64,000 bases of DNA from contig OZ024742.1 in assembly GCA_964016885.1 (NCBI GenBank), positions 43,958,001 to 44,022,000 of the forward strand, written 5' to 3'. The position numbers and the translations under genes are program-made. Below the pieces are notes generated by a model. The model was not told the DNA's origin, did not search any database, and worked only from the letters and a program-made list of their open reading frames with translations. Shown here in pieces: positions 26,180 through 39,810 of this stretch. The stretch comes from Eledone cirrhosa (Eukaryota). Each line of letters begins with the position of its first letter. The stretch's first letter is position 1.

Positions 26180-26406
26180 TTACCCCTTTATCATTTAAAC
26201 TGGCCGTATCCAGCTAGAGTTCTCTCACCTCTTTCTGTTCAAACCAGCCATAACCAGCTGCTAATACTGGTGTTAAGTTATTGTTTTCAAAATGAATTAT
26301 ATCAAAATTTTGTAGATTCAATATTATGTGTGATACTTATGAGATAAAGCTTTTACCATGAAAATACAATAGTAAATATAGAGTAATGTAAATGCTAAAG
26401 AGTTAA
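26180..26406 (+). mobile_element. M1 MITE nested in an M2 MITE
   Basis: Slightly decayed TIRs; M2 halves at 26092-26180 and 26407-26526. Confidence 0.82.
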
Positions 26407-26876
26407 TAATGAAGAAGTTATATAAGTTATATTACTAAATTTCTCTAAATTTCTGATTGGTTTCAAAATTATTTGGAAAATCCTAAGCGGCAGATTTCAT
26501 TTGAAGTATGGTAATGAAAGAGTTAAGGCTAAACAACTTATACATAGTCTATGGCAATGTTTTAACAAAAGGTAGCCACAGTTAATTTATACATTAAATT
26601 ACATAACTTATGGCGTAAGACTGTTCTTATTGTGTGTTTGTAAGATATACTTGGTCTTGCTGTAATGTGTGTGTGTGTCCAATGTCAATAATTTATTAAC
26701 TTGATAACTAACCATTCAGCCATGAAGTGGGTGTGGAACCTGTTGCCCCACTTTTATTTAGCCAGACAGACAAACTGGGGCAAGCAGTTAATGTTGTCTT
26801 GTTTCAAGGATTGGTACAATACTATGGGTTGTAATGGTAAGATTTGAACTGAAGATTATGTGGGCAGATTAAGCTA

Positions 26877-26913
<37 letters not shown>

Positions 26914-27849
26914 CATGTATGTATAGATAATTAGATATTTCAGATGACAGGTAAATATCCAGAAATAGCTGTGGCATTCTCACTGCTACTGAGATAGTTG
27001 TGATATGATGACATCTTTAAAGAAATTCATAGTGAGACTGGTATGTTTATTATACATAAACATATCATATATGATATGTGTGTGTGTGTGTGTATCTGTA
27101 AATATGGTTGGCACTAGGAAGGGCATCCAGCCATAGAAAACCAGCCAGAAACACTCCAATATGAGTGAGACATGGTCACCTGACTGAACGTGCCTCTAAA
27201 TGGGACAAACCCGTTTAACACATGCTAGTGTGGAAGATAGACGTTAAACGATGATATATAATGTGTGTGTGTGTGTGTACACAGACCACCCCATCACTAC
27301 CACAATGATATATACCTGGGCAGTGCAGAACCCAGACACACACTGCCTCATATCCTCTGTGGACAGAATAGAGAAAGCATTACCCCAGGGCTTAATGTAG
27401 TCAGATACCCAAAACTTCGCGCACACACACGCACACACACACACACGCACACGCACACGCACACGCGCGCAGACGCTCGCACACGAGTCCACAGCGAAAA
27501 TGCTAAGTTATAGGACCTCTGTAGGGTGCTCCCAGGGCAGGAAGAAAAACCTCACAGCTATTTTACCTGTTAAAAATATTAACTCTTAACATCTTTTAAT
27601 GATGTAGCAGAATATATCAAAAAACAGGTCAATGTGAAAATTTGCAGTATTAGTCTGCGGTATAAATCTGATGCAGTCCTGGTGTCATTATATCTATTCA
27701 GAATGCCTTGCTTTTGCAGTTTCATGTGATATAGGATCTAACAAGTTAATATAGTCTATAGATGCAAGCATAACTATTTGATTAAGGACTTCGCTTCTCA
27801 ACCATATGGTTTCGGGTTCATTCCTATTATGTTGTGACATGGGTAAGTG

Positions 27850-28007
27850 CAGTGCTGGATTTAGGACAAATGAGGCCCTTTTCTAGTTAAGTTATAAGGC
27901 CTCTTACTTGGGCCCGGAAGGAGGTAAAAATATTTTTTGGCAAGCAGATGGGCCCCCCCCTGGCCAACGGGGTCCTATGCTTAAGCACAATGGTAAATCC
28001 AGCACTG
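27850..28007. mobile_element. hAT-type MITE inserted in a CORE-type SINE
   Basis: Perfect 14-bp TIR cagtgctggattta; decayed 8-bp TSD ggtaagtg/gacaagtg. Confidence 0.8.
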
Positions 28008-28178
28008 GACAAGTGTCTCTTACTATAGCTTCAGGTTGACCAATACCTTTTGAATGTAATTTAGTCAACAGAAACTATGTAGGTGCCCATGTTATATGTG
28101 TGTGTGTATTTACTGTCTGTTTATATTCCATGACTTAGCTGATCAACAAATAGTGATCGATAAAATAAGTACCTAACT

Positions 28179-28390
28179 TTAACCCTTTAGCATTCACATT
28201 ACTCTATATTTACTATTGTATTTACACAGAAAAGGCTTTATCTTGCATAATAGCGAATCTACAAAATTTTGATATTTATTTTGAGAACAATACAATAACA
28301 TTGGTATGAGTGTCCAGTTACAACCGGTTTGAACAGAAAGAGGTGAGAGAGTTCTGGCCAGATACGGCTGGTTTAAATGCTAATGGGTTC
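28179..28390 (-). mobile_element. M1 MITE (reverse orientation)
   Basis: TIRs and body match the family. Confidence 0.83.
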
Positions 28391-28877
28391 AGACAGTAGG
28401 TATGAGAGTTGATATGATCAACTAAATGCCTTCAAAGTAATGCTTCAACATGGCCACTATCTAATGACTGGAATTAATAAATGAATAAAAGATTTTAAAA
28501 ATCTGGTTACTTATGTTGCCCCACCCAACCAACCAACCAACCACCTACCTATCTCAATATTATATCAATGTCTCCATGGTAACATGGATGAAGTTCTTTT
28601 TTGTTTGTGGTAATTTATTATTTTACAGTTGAGTGCTTCTTCCTCCTAACCACTCAACCGTGAAATAGGTGTGTATCTGTTTTTTTTTTATGAATGAAGC
28701 CAACTAAAAAAGTCAAAGTTAGTATAGTAGAAGAGAGTAAATATTTCCAACATAGGTGTGTGACAGCCTTCTCTCTCTCTCTCATTGTTGTAGTGAGGTG
28801 TTTCAGTGGGTAACTAGCTGAATCAAGAATTTACCTTGTTTGAGTTTGACCAGAACACCACAGTCTACAATACCTTG

Positions 28878-29720
28878 GTAGTTTGTTTACAAAATCTATA
28901 TTTCACTATCTCACAGCAGATGTACAGGGCTCATCCACAAGTACTGAGGTAACTGTGATATGACCACAGTGAGACTATATGCATGTTATACATAAACACA
29001 TGTATATGGTTCCATATATTCCTTTAGTTTAGATCACACTGTATTAGTGCTATCACTAATTAATTGTTTCTATTTTTAACACAAAGCCAGCAATTACCCC
29101 AGTTCATTATTGGTACTTTACTTTCTCAACCCTGTCAGGATGAAAGGCAAACTTAACTTCAGCAGGATTTGAACTCGGAACGTAAAGGGCCATAACTCTG
29201 TTTCAAAGCCTGGTGTCTGATGCTCTACCAATACCAGCCAACCAGCCAGCACTATATGTAAATAAACTATCAATAAAAATAGTTTGTTTACAAAATCTAT
29301 AAGAATATATTTCCTTCTTCCACTTGACCACTCTGTAGTGAGTAAGCATTTGCTGGTGGTAGTTTAAAAAATCCTGAAATGCATATATATGGTGCTCATC
29401 CGTGGGTGTTAAGATAGCTGTGATATGACCATAGTGAGACTATATGCATATGTTATATATAAACATTGTATATGGTTCCATATATTCCTTTAGTTTAGAT
29501 CACACTGTGTTAGTGTTGTCACTAATACCAGCCAGCCAAGCTTGTGCTATATGTAAATAAGCTATTAACAAAAATAGCTTGTTTAGAAAATTTATAAGAA
29601 AATATTGTCTTCTACCTCAGTATCCAGTAGGAAGCATTGCTGATGATGGATTAAACAATCCTGAAATACATGTATACAGCACTTTTACACAGGTGCTGTG
29701 GTAGCTGTGATATGATCACA
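28878..29720. repeat. Degenerate tandem triplication of a ~300-bp unit, with an S2 SINE (29063-29230) in the first unit
   Basis: Repeated gtttgtttacaaaatctata, gctgtgatatgacca and tatggttccatatattcctttag blocks. Confidence 0.75.
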
Positions 29721-31374
29721 TACTTTTATTCTGAAAAATGCTGAGTCAGTGTTATAGCTACTTTATATTTAATGAATAGAGAGAACTAGTAGTAGCAGCA
29801 GGGATTTTAAGGCCATTTCTTCCCACCTAAACCAGAGAAAGCCTTGTGGGTATCTTGAAAGGTTTTATGCTTGTCTTGAGATCCTTTTTGAAGCAATGTT
29901 TCACAGTAAAATCTCTTTCCTAGTGCCAACCCTTTTAGCTGCCACTTAGGACACATGGAACCATGGTATACCTATTCTAAACGGGACATGCACAACAAAA
30001 TATGATTATCTGAGAAAATGTTACAAAGATAGATTTATCTCTCATTCCCTCCCTCCCTCTCTCTCTCCTTCCCTTCCTCCCTCTCTCTCTCCTTGCTCTC
30101 CACTCCCCTCCCTCCCTCTCTCTCTCTCCTTGCTCTCCACTCCCCTCCCTCTCACATAGAATACCTTGCCCTGAGTCGGCAATTCTTAAGAGTTGTGGTT
30201 TTGCCATGACATGAGTCTCTGTTATTTAAACCTGGCAGAGCCAATCACTCCCCAGGTTTAACCACAGTTGGTATTTCTCTCTCTCACCACTCTACAGTAT
30301 TGGACTGGTATTTTATTTGACCTCAAAAAGATGAAAGGCAAAGTCGACCTCAGTGGGATTTGAACACTGAGCACAAAATACCACAAGGCATTCTGTCCAA
30401 GTTGCATCCAACAATTCACTGCTTCAACACTTTATTTTACATTACTTCAGTTCATTTAGTTTTTGGAAGGAATAGGTAGCACCAGATAATTTGGGGGATG
30501 TTACCTCTTATAGACTGGGGTTCTATCCAGGAGGTGACAGTTTCATTTTGTTTCATGCCATCTGAAAGGGGCCAGTGAAAATTGACCTTTCAAGTTAGCT
30601 CTATGTAAGCTCAGAATCAACTAACATTCTACTGAAAGTTGAACACCATACATAAGTGATATTATTTGAGACTTTCAAAGTTGGTAGATTCCACTGTAAC
30701 ATTTATGCTGACCTATTGATGTTACGTGAGATCTGAAATTGTGGTGGGGACAGTCAATTGAGTTATTAGATAACTAGCTGTAAAGTTGTTCAACTCTTTT
30801 GATACCAACTGCCTGAAGCCAACTTTGGTTTTATAATACATAACTGTCCATTTTAAAGTGTCCATCATCATCAGTGTTTGTCTATTTTCTTTGCATCTGT
30901 TAAACAAGTTGTGACGTTCTGAGACTAAAGCAGTCACATAACCATGTCTTGCTTATACTTTCCACTCTGGTATGGTTTCTACAACTTGATACTCTTCCTA
31001 ATGCCAACCACTTCATGGTGGGTACCAGGTGTGTTTTATCTTGGCACTGCCATTACTATCTAACAGGGTGGATTGAGTGTTTTTTTTAATCCTGGTACCA
31101 GCACTACCATTTTACAGAGAGGACTGGATGCATTTTATTGTGGTACCAGTACTTCCATTTTACAGAGAGAACGGGTGTATTTTATTGTGGCACCAGCACT
31201 ACCACTTATTGACACTAAGGAGCTTGTTGTTGTCCTTGGTCAGATTTGGAAGGCAGTGATGGGAGTAGCTTATGTAGTCTCCCTTGATCTATGATGAGAA
31301 GCATTCCAGCCTTGACCATCTTGTCTGATTTGTATATACATATCGGGGACCACACTGTCAAATGTATTCTTTAT

Positions 31375-31603
31375 TTAACCCTTTAGCATTTAAACCGGCT
31401 ATATCCGTCCAGAATCCTCTCACCTCTTTCTGTTCAAACTGGCTGTAACCAGTTACTCATATTTATGTTAAGGAATTGTTCTCAAAATAACTAATATCAA
31501 GATCTCATAGATTTGATATTATGTGAGATAATTATGTGAAAGAAAGCGTTTATGGTGAAAATACAATAGTAAATATAGAATAATGTAAATGCTAAAGGGT
31601 TAA
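31375..31603 (+). mobile_element. M1 MITE
   Basis: TIRs and TTAA flanks. Confidence 0.88.
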
Positions 31604-32930
31604 TCCTTTTGTGAGTGTATTACTAACGACATATGCTGTATTTCAATTAATGAACAATTTAGAGGGATTTACTAAAATTATTCTTTTACTATGATGGTAT
31701 TTGTGACTTACCAAATGGTTCCTCTATAATATTATGTTGGAAAGTTTCAATTTAAATAGGAACCCTTTAAAATAGGGGTTTGGTTTCATAGAACCAAGGG
31801 TAATTTTGAATGGGTAGAGATTTGATTTGAAGATTTGGCTGTTATTTCTGGCAAGTTGAGTGACTGCATAGAGACTTCTTTATTAGCTCAGCAGTTTGTA
31901 TCATTTGGTAGTGATAGATGGTTGGGTTCATATCAAACCCCAAATTAGAACAAGGACAGAGACCAGGTTCAATAGGGAAGTTTTCAAACACTATTACTCA
32001 TGATATCACATAGATTCAATCTCAGTCTGAACACATTTATATACAAGGTAAATATATGTACTGTATTTATTTATTTATTTATGTATGTATAATACAACTC
32101 TTGTTTCTAAAGCTTGAAAAAAATGGGAATATATTACATCCTTGTGTATAATAACCCCAGAGTACAGCAATGTTAATGTAAAATTTTTGTAAACTTGTAC
32201 CATGTTATCCACAAAAATCTCCATCTCTCACATATATGTATATATTTCAGTACAATATTCTGTTTCACATATTGTCCCTTTATTATTTTATCAATTCTCT
32301 ATCTTTCAATTATGCTGATTCCCAAATAACAAATGTTGCCAATATATCTAATAACATTTGTAAACAATTATCAACATGTATTTACAATCTTGTTATTTGA
32401 AATAAGTATATTTGAACTCAGTAAAAATGTCTGTAAATGTACACCTGTGTGTATATGACCTCCTCCTCCTCCTTTTTTACTTTGAGCTTTAGTTCAAAAT
32501 TATACATGAGAAAATATAGTAAGACTTTGTATCAATTGGAGACTGAAGTTTGTAACATTTTACTAAAAACAAAATTAGGCATAGAGGTTTGAAAAAAATC
32601 AGTCACTAATTACACAGTGATCTTGCTTTGCTCATTAGTGTAATGAGGTGAACTCTCATGGATTCTGCCAGTTAGAGACTCTAATTTTTTTGTCTTAATT
32701 ATCTTAATTGCTCCCTCCAGCAGGTGGTTGTATATAAATTAACTGTGCTTTGCTATATACACTAACACATTCCGTGTGTGTGTCGAGAGAGAGATTAGCT
32801 GTGTCCCTACTCTATCACCATATGTGACAAATTGGCAGTTATTAGAGTGCAGGTCAAAAATACATTGCAGTATTTATTCTGTTTCTCTATATACTGTGTT
32901 CAAATCTTGTTGTGGTCTACTTTGATTGAC

Positions 32931-33136
32931 TTAACCCTTTTGCATTTACATTACTCTATATTTACTATTATATTTTCACAGTATAGGCTTTATCTCACAT
33001 AATATCGAATCTACAAGATTTTGATGTTATTTATTTTGAGAACAATACTTTAACATCAGTATGAGTGGCTGGTTTGAACAGGAAGAAGTGAGAGAATTCT
33101 GGCCGGATATGACCGGTTTAAATGCTAAAGGGTTAA
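32931..33136 (-). mobile_element. M1 MITE (reverse orientation)
   Basis: TIRs and TTAA flanks. Confidence 0.86.
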
Positions 33137-34047
33137 TCCATCACCATATTTATCACTACTACCAGGTCTTTGGTTGTCTTTTGCAGAGTCTACTTCATTA
33201 ATTCTTAACAACATTCAATATCTGAAAGTAGGTTTGATAATTCTATTGCTTATAGTATTTTTCAGTGTACAGATCTTTGTGAAAGTTCTTATTAAACTAA
33301 AGATTTTAATATTTAATGTGGTACAGTCGTATTGCTGATTTGTATTTTTCAAGAATGTCTTGCTAATGTAGTTTCATGAGGTACAGAACATTAAGCATTA
33401 ATGGCAAAATATAAACAAATGTAAATGCATTAATATTTCTCTACGGACAGAAAATTATTGTGATTTTTCTGACTAATGATTCATCAGAAGAGGTGCCCAC
33501 TGTGGAATTCATAGCTTATAACTATTTATTTGTTATATGATGAATCTTCAAATGGAAATAAAACTAGTCAGAACAAGCCTAGAATATGACAAGGTATAAA
33601 TACGTTTACATCAAAGCTTATCTCAATAAAATATTATAGTCATAAGTTTCAGTTTTTCCAATATATGTGGTCATACATATTTAATTAACCAGATTACCTA
33701 CAAATGTGCAGTTATGCAAATTAAATTGACTATTTCAGAGTCTTGGTTTATTCAATTATATCAACACACCTCTTGTAAAAATTCTTGATACCTTTTCTTT
33801 ACTTGTAACATTAACTCTTTCGTGGCCATATTTCTAATAAAATAAATTGCTTCTTCCCTTTCATTTTAATAAAGATTTAGAGGGATTTAATAAAATATGT
33901 AAATTCTCCATTATTAAGCTAATGTATATAATGTCTAAACCCATGCTAGCGTGGAAGATAGACGTTAAACGATGATGATGATGTAACTTTAAAGTTTCTA
34001 ACATAAAAAATGACAAAAGGTTTTTATTCAAATATAAACACTCTAAC

Positions 34048-34345
34048 CAGAGGTGTAACTAGGGTATGGCAAGCATGGCACATGCCATGGGTGCCACATG
34101 AAGGGGGTGCCACTTGGACTAGGAGCACGTTCTATTAAAGTCAAATAAGCCACATTGGAGAGTGAAAAAAGAAATGCCTTCAGACATATAATCTGTCTCT
34201 GGTTATCATGGGTGAGAACATTATGGTGGCTGAATCATTAAACCATTTATAAAAATTATTAGACCCATTGGTAAAAATACAGTGCTGTGCAGGGGCGCAA
34301 TTTCACTGCTTGCCGTGGGTGCTATTTTCCCTTGTTATGCCTCTG
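34048..34345. mobile_element. hAT-like MITE
   Basis: TIR cagaggtgtaactaggg / cccttgttatgcctctg; decayed 8-bp flanks ending taac. Confidence 0.65.
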
Positions 34346-35451
34346 ATATTAACCTACTCCAAAACTACCTGTTTCTGTGAAAAAAACACCAATTTAAAAA
34401 GGTTCCTACTAAAATCCTATGTAATTATATATAAGAACATTTTGCTATGTTATAAAAACACAGTAACAAAAGGGTTCGAATAAACAATATATTGTATCAT
34501 AGAATCAGGGAGGGTTTGAGGCAGTTTGGTATCGAGTTTAAAAATCAACAATTTCTTTCCACTTAAAGATTGAATTCAGAGTTCAAACCTTTGTTTTATC
34601 ACCTTTTGTTATTTTTTTCTCTGCAAAATGGCTGATTATAATTGACCTATGAATTTTCTAACTAAAGCTATAATTAGTGGGCATTGAATTTCTTGTTAAT
34701 TATATTGTCTAAAATCTGCATTCTCTGGTGCTTCCATTCATCAATAAATGCAACACTTGGTGCTTACAAAATATGAATCATAATGATAATAAACTGTTAA
34801 ATACACTTTCATCATCATCATTATCACCATTTTACATCTATTTTCCATGTTTGCATGGGTTAGACAGGTTGTCACGTTGTTCTGAGGCTAAACAGATTGT
34901 CATCCTCATATGTTCCATTTTTGCATGGTTTCTATGGCTGGATACCATTCCTATCACAGTGTAGTAGGATCAGTTTGTTGTGGCACCACCATTATCATTT
35001 GACAGGGTGGACTGGGTGCTCTTTTTCATGGCACTAGCACTACCACTTTACAGTATGGGCTGGGGGTCTTTTATCATGGTACCAGCACTACTAATTTACA
35101 GTATAGGTTGGGTATTTTTTATCATGTCAACAGTACTATCACTTTACAGTATGGGCTAGGTACCTTTATTGTGGCACCAGCACTACATTATCATTTATTT
35201 CATTGGTATCAAAATGTTTGTTCCACTGATATGTGTAAAGTGAATTTAACCCATTGGTTACCATATTTTGTATTTTAATTAATTAATGAAGAATTCTTGA
35301 AAGGATTAACAAAAATTATTGTTTCATGAAGGTGGTATTTGTAACATAATAAAATGTTCCTATATAAAACTATGTTGGAGGAACCCTTTAAAATGGGTGG
35401 TTTTGTTTCATAAAAACAGGTGGTTTTAGGTGAGGTTGATATTAAAAAGGT

Positions 35452-35998
35452 AATAAAGATAGACGGTAGCCACGGAATAGGCAGACCTAGAAAAACCTGG
35501 GACGAGCTGATAAACTCCGACCTCACACACTTACACCTCTCCAAGACAATGTCACTGGACCGAGACCTTTGGCGGTACTCAGTAACAGAGAAGACCCGCC
35601 TTACCTAAATACATAGTAAAACCTACTACAGCCAGTAGGTATCTCTAACAAAATACCCCCTCGTCCCACCACCACCACCCCCACCCCATCCACACCACCC
35701 CGTTCTATGTAAAGTTATGTTGGTGCCACACCATCCAGGCCGAAACAAATGAGATCGTGTAGGTGTCACGACAAAAAAACCACAGTCCACACTGTAATGT
35801 GGCCGTGTAGGCAACACGGTAAAAACCTCCCAGACCCACACTGTAAATGTGGTTGGTGTTAGGAAGGGCATCCAACTGTAGAAAACCTGCCAGACAGTCC
35901 TATGCGAGCAAGACAATCACTCTTGCCTCAAGTGGGACTACCCCCGTCCAAACCCATGCAAGCGTGGAACACGGACGTTAAACGTTGATGATGATGAT
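35452..35998 (+). mobile_element. RTE family 1 subfamily A, 3' end
   Basis: IKIDGSHGIGRPRKTWDELI...EKTRLT*, 3'UTR and (GAT)n tail. Confidence 0.9.
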
Positions 35999-36019
35999 AA
36001 ACAGTTTTTTTCATGTGAT

Positions 36020-36622
36020 TTTTGGAGATTAGATTAGCATGGGAGGGGGAGTGTTCCGAGGCCATAGTATCTAGAATGACAGATTGAAAGAAGTTTAGGG
36101 AGCTGCTTCCTCTGCTGATAAAGAAGGGTTTATCCCTGCGTACGAAAGGCCGGTTATATGATGCTGCATGGAAGTGAGACATGGGCAGCAACTACAGAGG
36201 ATATGCGACGGCTGGAGAGAAATGAGGCAAGCATGCTCTGATGGATGTGCAATGTCAATGTGCGTGAACGATCCAGCATGGATGTGTTGAGAAACTGTGT
36301 CTGAGAGGGATAGAATGTAGTGTGCGAGAGAGGAGACTGCAGTGGTATGGACATGTGATGCGCATGGAGGATGACCGATGGGTGAAGAAGTGCCAGGAAA
36401 TGCCAGTTGAAGGAAGACGTGGTAGAGGTAGACCACGAAAAACATGGGCGGAGGTGGTGAGAACAGACCTCAGATCGCTGAAGCTCACGGTGGAGATGAC
36501 GAAGGACCGTGACAAGTGGAGAGGACGAAGGACCGTGACAAGTGGAGAGATGCTGTGCTGAATAAGACCCGTCCCACCCTAGCAAACAGGGAAAAGCGGA
36601 CGTAAAATGATGATGATGATGA
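36020..36622 (+). mobile_element. RTE LINE family 2, 3' fragment with a very short 3'UTR
   Basis: HGSETW, RERRLQWYGHVMR, GRRGRGRPRKTW; tail gaaaagcggacgtaaaa(tga)n. Confidence 0.88.
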
Positions 36623-36873
36623 AATGACTCTTCAATGATGTAATTACCTTAGTCTCAACGTAGTTTCAGAAGATTAAGTTGCTTGCCAGACAAGTACAAC
36701 TCCAAAATTCTATCTTTCAAATATTATCTACATCTTTCTCTGGGGAATATAAGTGGCCGGATGAATAACAAACTGGAGAACCAGTCAAGAGATTAGTGAT
36801 GTTATCAGCACTACATTTTGTGTGTGACTTCAACATGGCTCAGTACACTGTGCTGAAAACAGATGCCACTATA

Positions 36874-39042
36874 TCATCATCATCATCTTCGTTTAACGTC
36901 CATTTTCCACGCTAGCATGGGTTAGATAGGAGTTGTCCCACTTGAGGCAAGGCTAGTCGGGTGACCGTGTCTCACTCATATAGGTTTTCTATGGCTGGAT
37001 GCCCTTCCTAACACCAACCACATTTACAGTGTGAAACTGGGAACTTTTTACCGTGTTACCTACACGACCACATTACAGCATGGACTGTGTGTGTTTTTTT
37101 GTCGTGTCACCTTCACGAACTCGATCTCATTATCTCGTGCTGTTGGTGGGAGTGGGAGGATAGTAGATTGGAGTGTATATTTGGTTAAGAGGTGCCTACT
37201 GACTGTAGGTTTCGCTTTGTACATAGGCAAGGCGGGTCTTCTGTACTACTGCGTAGCGCCAAAGATCTCGGTCCAGAGACATTGTCTTAGAAAGATGTGT
37301 GTGTGGTCAGAATTTATCAGATCATCCCAGGTTTTTCTAGATCTACCTACTCCGTAACTACCATCAATTTTGATCGCCCTGCACTTTTTTATGCAGCTAT
37401 CATCTTTCATGCGCATCACGTGACCATACCAACGTAGTCTTCTCTCAAGTAAACAGCATCTGATCCCTCTTATTCCTAATTTCTCACTTAGTTCATTTAT
37501 GCTTTGCCGTTCATGTATATTACTATTACACATCCAACGGAGCATGCATGCTTCGTTCCTTTCCAGTCTACGCAGGTCCTCTGCACGTAATGCCCATGTC
37601 TCACTGCCATGTAGCATTGCTGTTCGTATACAGGCATCATACAATCTGCCTTTCATTTTTAGAGAGAAACCTTTGTGGCCAACAGCGGTATAAGCTCTCT
37701 GAACTTTTTCCATCCCGTTCTGACTCTGGCTACTGTACTTTCAGAACACCCTCAACCACTGCTGATTTTGTCACCCAGGTAACGGAAAGTGTCTACTATT
37801 TCTATAGAACCATCTGGGCAATGGAAGGAGCTAGTATCCTTTGGACACTTGCTACTTATTGCACCTGAGCATTGGCCACATATAAAGTCTACGTTCTTAG
37901 ATAGTTTACCTGTGATCCCACTACATCTTTTATGTACCCATACTTTGCATTTGGGACATAAAATGGAATTTCTGCCTACTCCTTTCCTATACACTGAGCA
38001 TGGCCATTTTCCTTTCTACAAACTAGAACTTTAGTCTTAGACAAGTTAACTTTAAGGCCTTTTGATTCTAGGCTATGCTTCCATGTTTCGAATTTCTTCT
38101 CTAGTTCAGCCATTGATTCAGCTATGAGCGTTAGATCATCTGCGTATAGGAGTTCCCATGGGCAGCCGGTCTTGAACTCCTCTGTTATAGCCTGAAGGGC
38201 AATAATAAATAAGAGGGGGCTAAGGACAGAGCCTTGATGAACACCAACTTTTACACTAAATTCTTCACAATATTCATTGTTAATTCCAACCTTACTGACT
38301 GTTTCATTATACATAGCTTGTATAGCTCTCACAAGCCATTCATCTACACCTAGTTTTCTAAGAGTTCACCAGATAATGGAGCGGGGGACTCTGTCAAAAG
38401 CTTTCTCCAGGTCTACAAAAGCTAAGTAGAGGGGTTTACTTTTAGCTAGGTACTTCTCTTGTAGTTGTTGTACAAGGAAAAGAGCGTCTGTGGTACTTTT
38501 ACCTGACACAAACCCAAACTGCATTTCATCTAGATCAATTCGCTCTCTGATTAGTTGCGCGATAACTCTTTCTGTGACCTTCATGACCTGGTCAACTAAC
38601 TTAATGCCTCTATAGTTTCCCATATCTAGAGCATCCCCTTTACCCTTGTAGCAGTTAATGATGATGCTGCTACGTCAGTCTTTCGGTATGACCCCATTCT
38701 GTATTACGTGGTTAACTATACGGGTGACCATAGTGTGTCCCACCATACCAGATGCCTTGCCTGTCTTCATATCTTTGATTGCATTACTTATTATACTACC
38801 TTTACTTGCACCGCTGGTCCTTCTATTGGATCGATTTGGAGCAGACTATCTTTTTCCCATTTATTATCCTCATTTTATAGTCTCTCGTAGTGACACTTCC
38901 AGGCTATCTTCTTATCAGTATCAGTGAGCGCAAGTATACCATTATCATTACGGACACACTTCTCCCTGACAATATCACGGTTTTCCTTGACACATTGTCT
39001 AGCAATCCTGAACACCTCACGTTTTTGGTCCTCACGTTGCAG
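36874..39042 (-). mobile_element. 5'-truncated RTE LINE family 1 (about 2.2 kb, disabled)
   Basis: NYRGIKL, QFGF, AFVDLEKAFDRV, VGVHQGSVLSPLLF, LYADD, C4HC3 finger, FRYLG, HGSETW; a few stops and frameshifts. Confidence 0.95.
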
Positions 39043-39810
39043 ATATATATATATATATATGTATGTGTGTGTATATATATAACAAATTTGGCAGCATATT
39101 TAACCCTGTGTGGATATAGCTTTGATATGTTTATTCTAGGGAGTATTTTTTAATTAGTGGTGTGGTGGGGGATATACTCAAACTAAAGGCTAGTCTAAAT
39201 GCTTGTAACAGAGTGAACATTCTTAATAGCATCCAAGGGTTAGGTGGTGATGTTAAATTGGGCAGTGGTTAAGCCTACCACCCAAGTAGACCACAGCAAA
39301 ATTTGAACTCTAAGAGCTGAACCGATATCACAAAACATCTCACCTGATGCCCTAACAGTTCCACCAATCCAACACCCTGGGTTAGTATTGTAATTTATTG
39401 ACCATCTCTCTATGCTGATTTGCTCTTTAGAGGCTCTACATGAACAGGAATTCTTCAGAATTGCAGCAGTAAGCTCTTTTCAATTCTTGGCTGCATATTG
39501 TGTAGTTGAGCAAGATACTTTATTTCACATTGGTCCAGTTTACTCAGCTGAAATAAAATGAATTGTACCTGTAATTCAATTTACCAGCCTTGTCACACAC
39601 AGTGTCACACTAAATCTAGAAGTTAATGTCTAATCACCCAATGATGGATACATATGATCATGGAATGTCTAGTAATTGTCTGGGTCATCTCACAACAGAG
39701 GACATGGTAATTAACCAATATGGTCCTATCTTTATAAATATAGATGCAGGCATAATTGAGTGACAAAGAAGTTTGTTTTGCAATTATGAAATCCCAGTGT
39801 GGCATCTTGG

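Noticed and set aside
32716-32728. CTCF-like motif ccagcaggtggt
   Set aside because: Partial match only; expected by chance in 64 kb.
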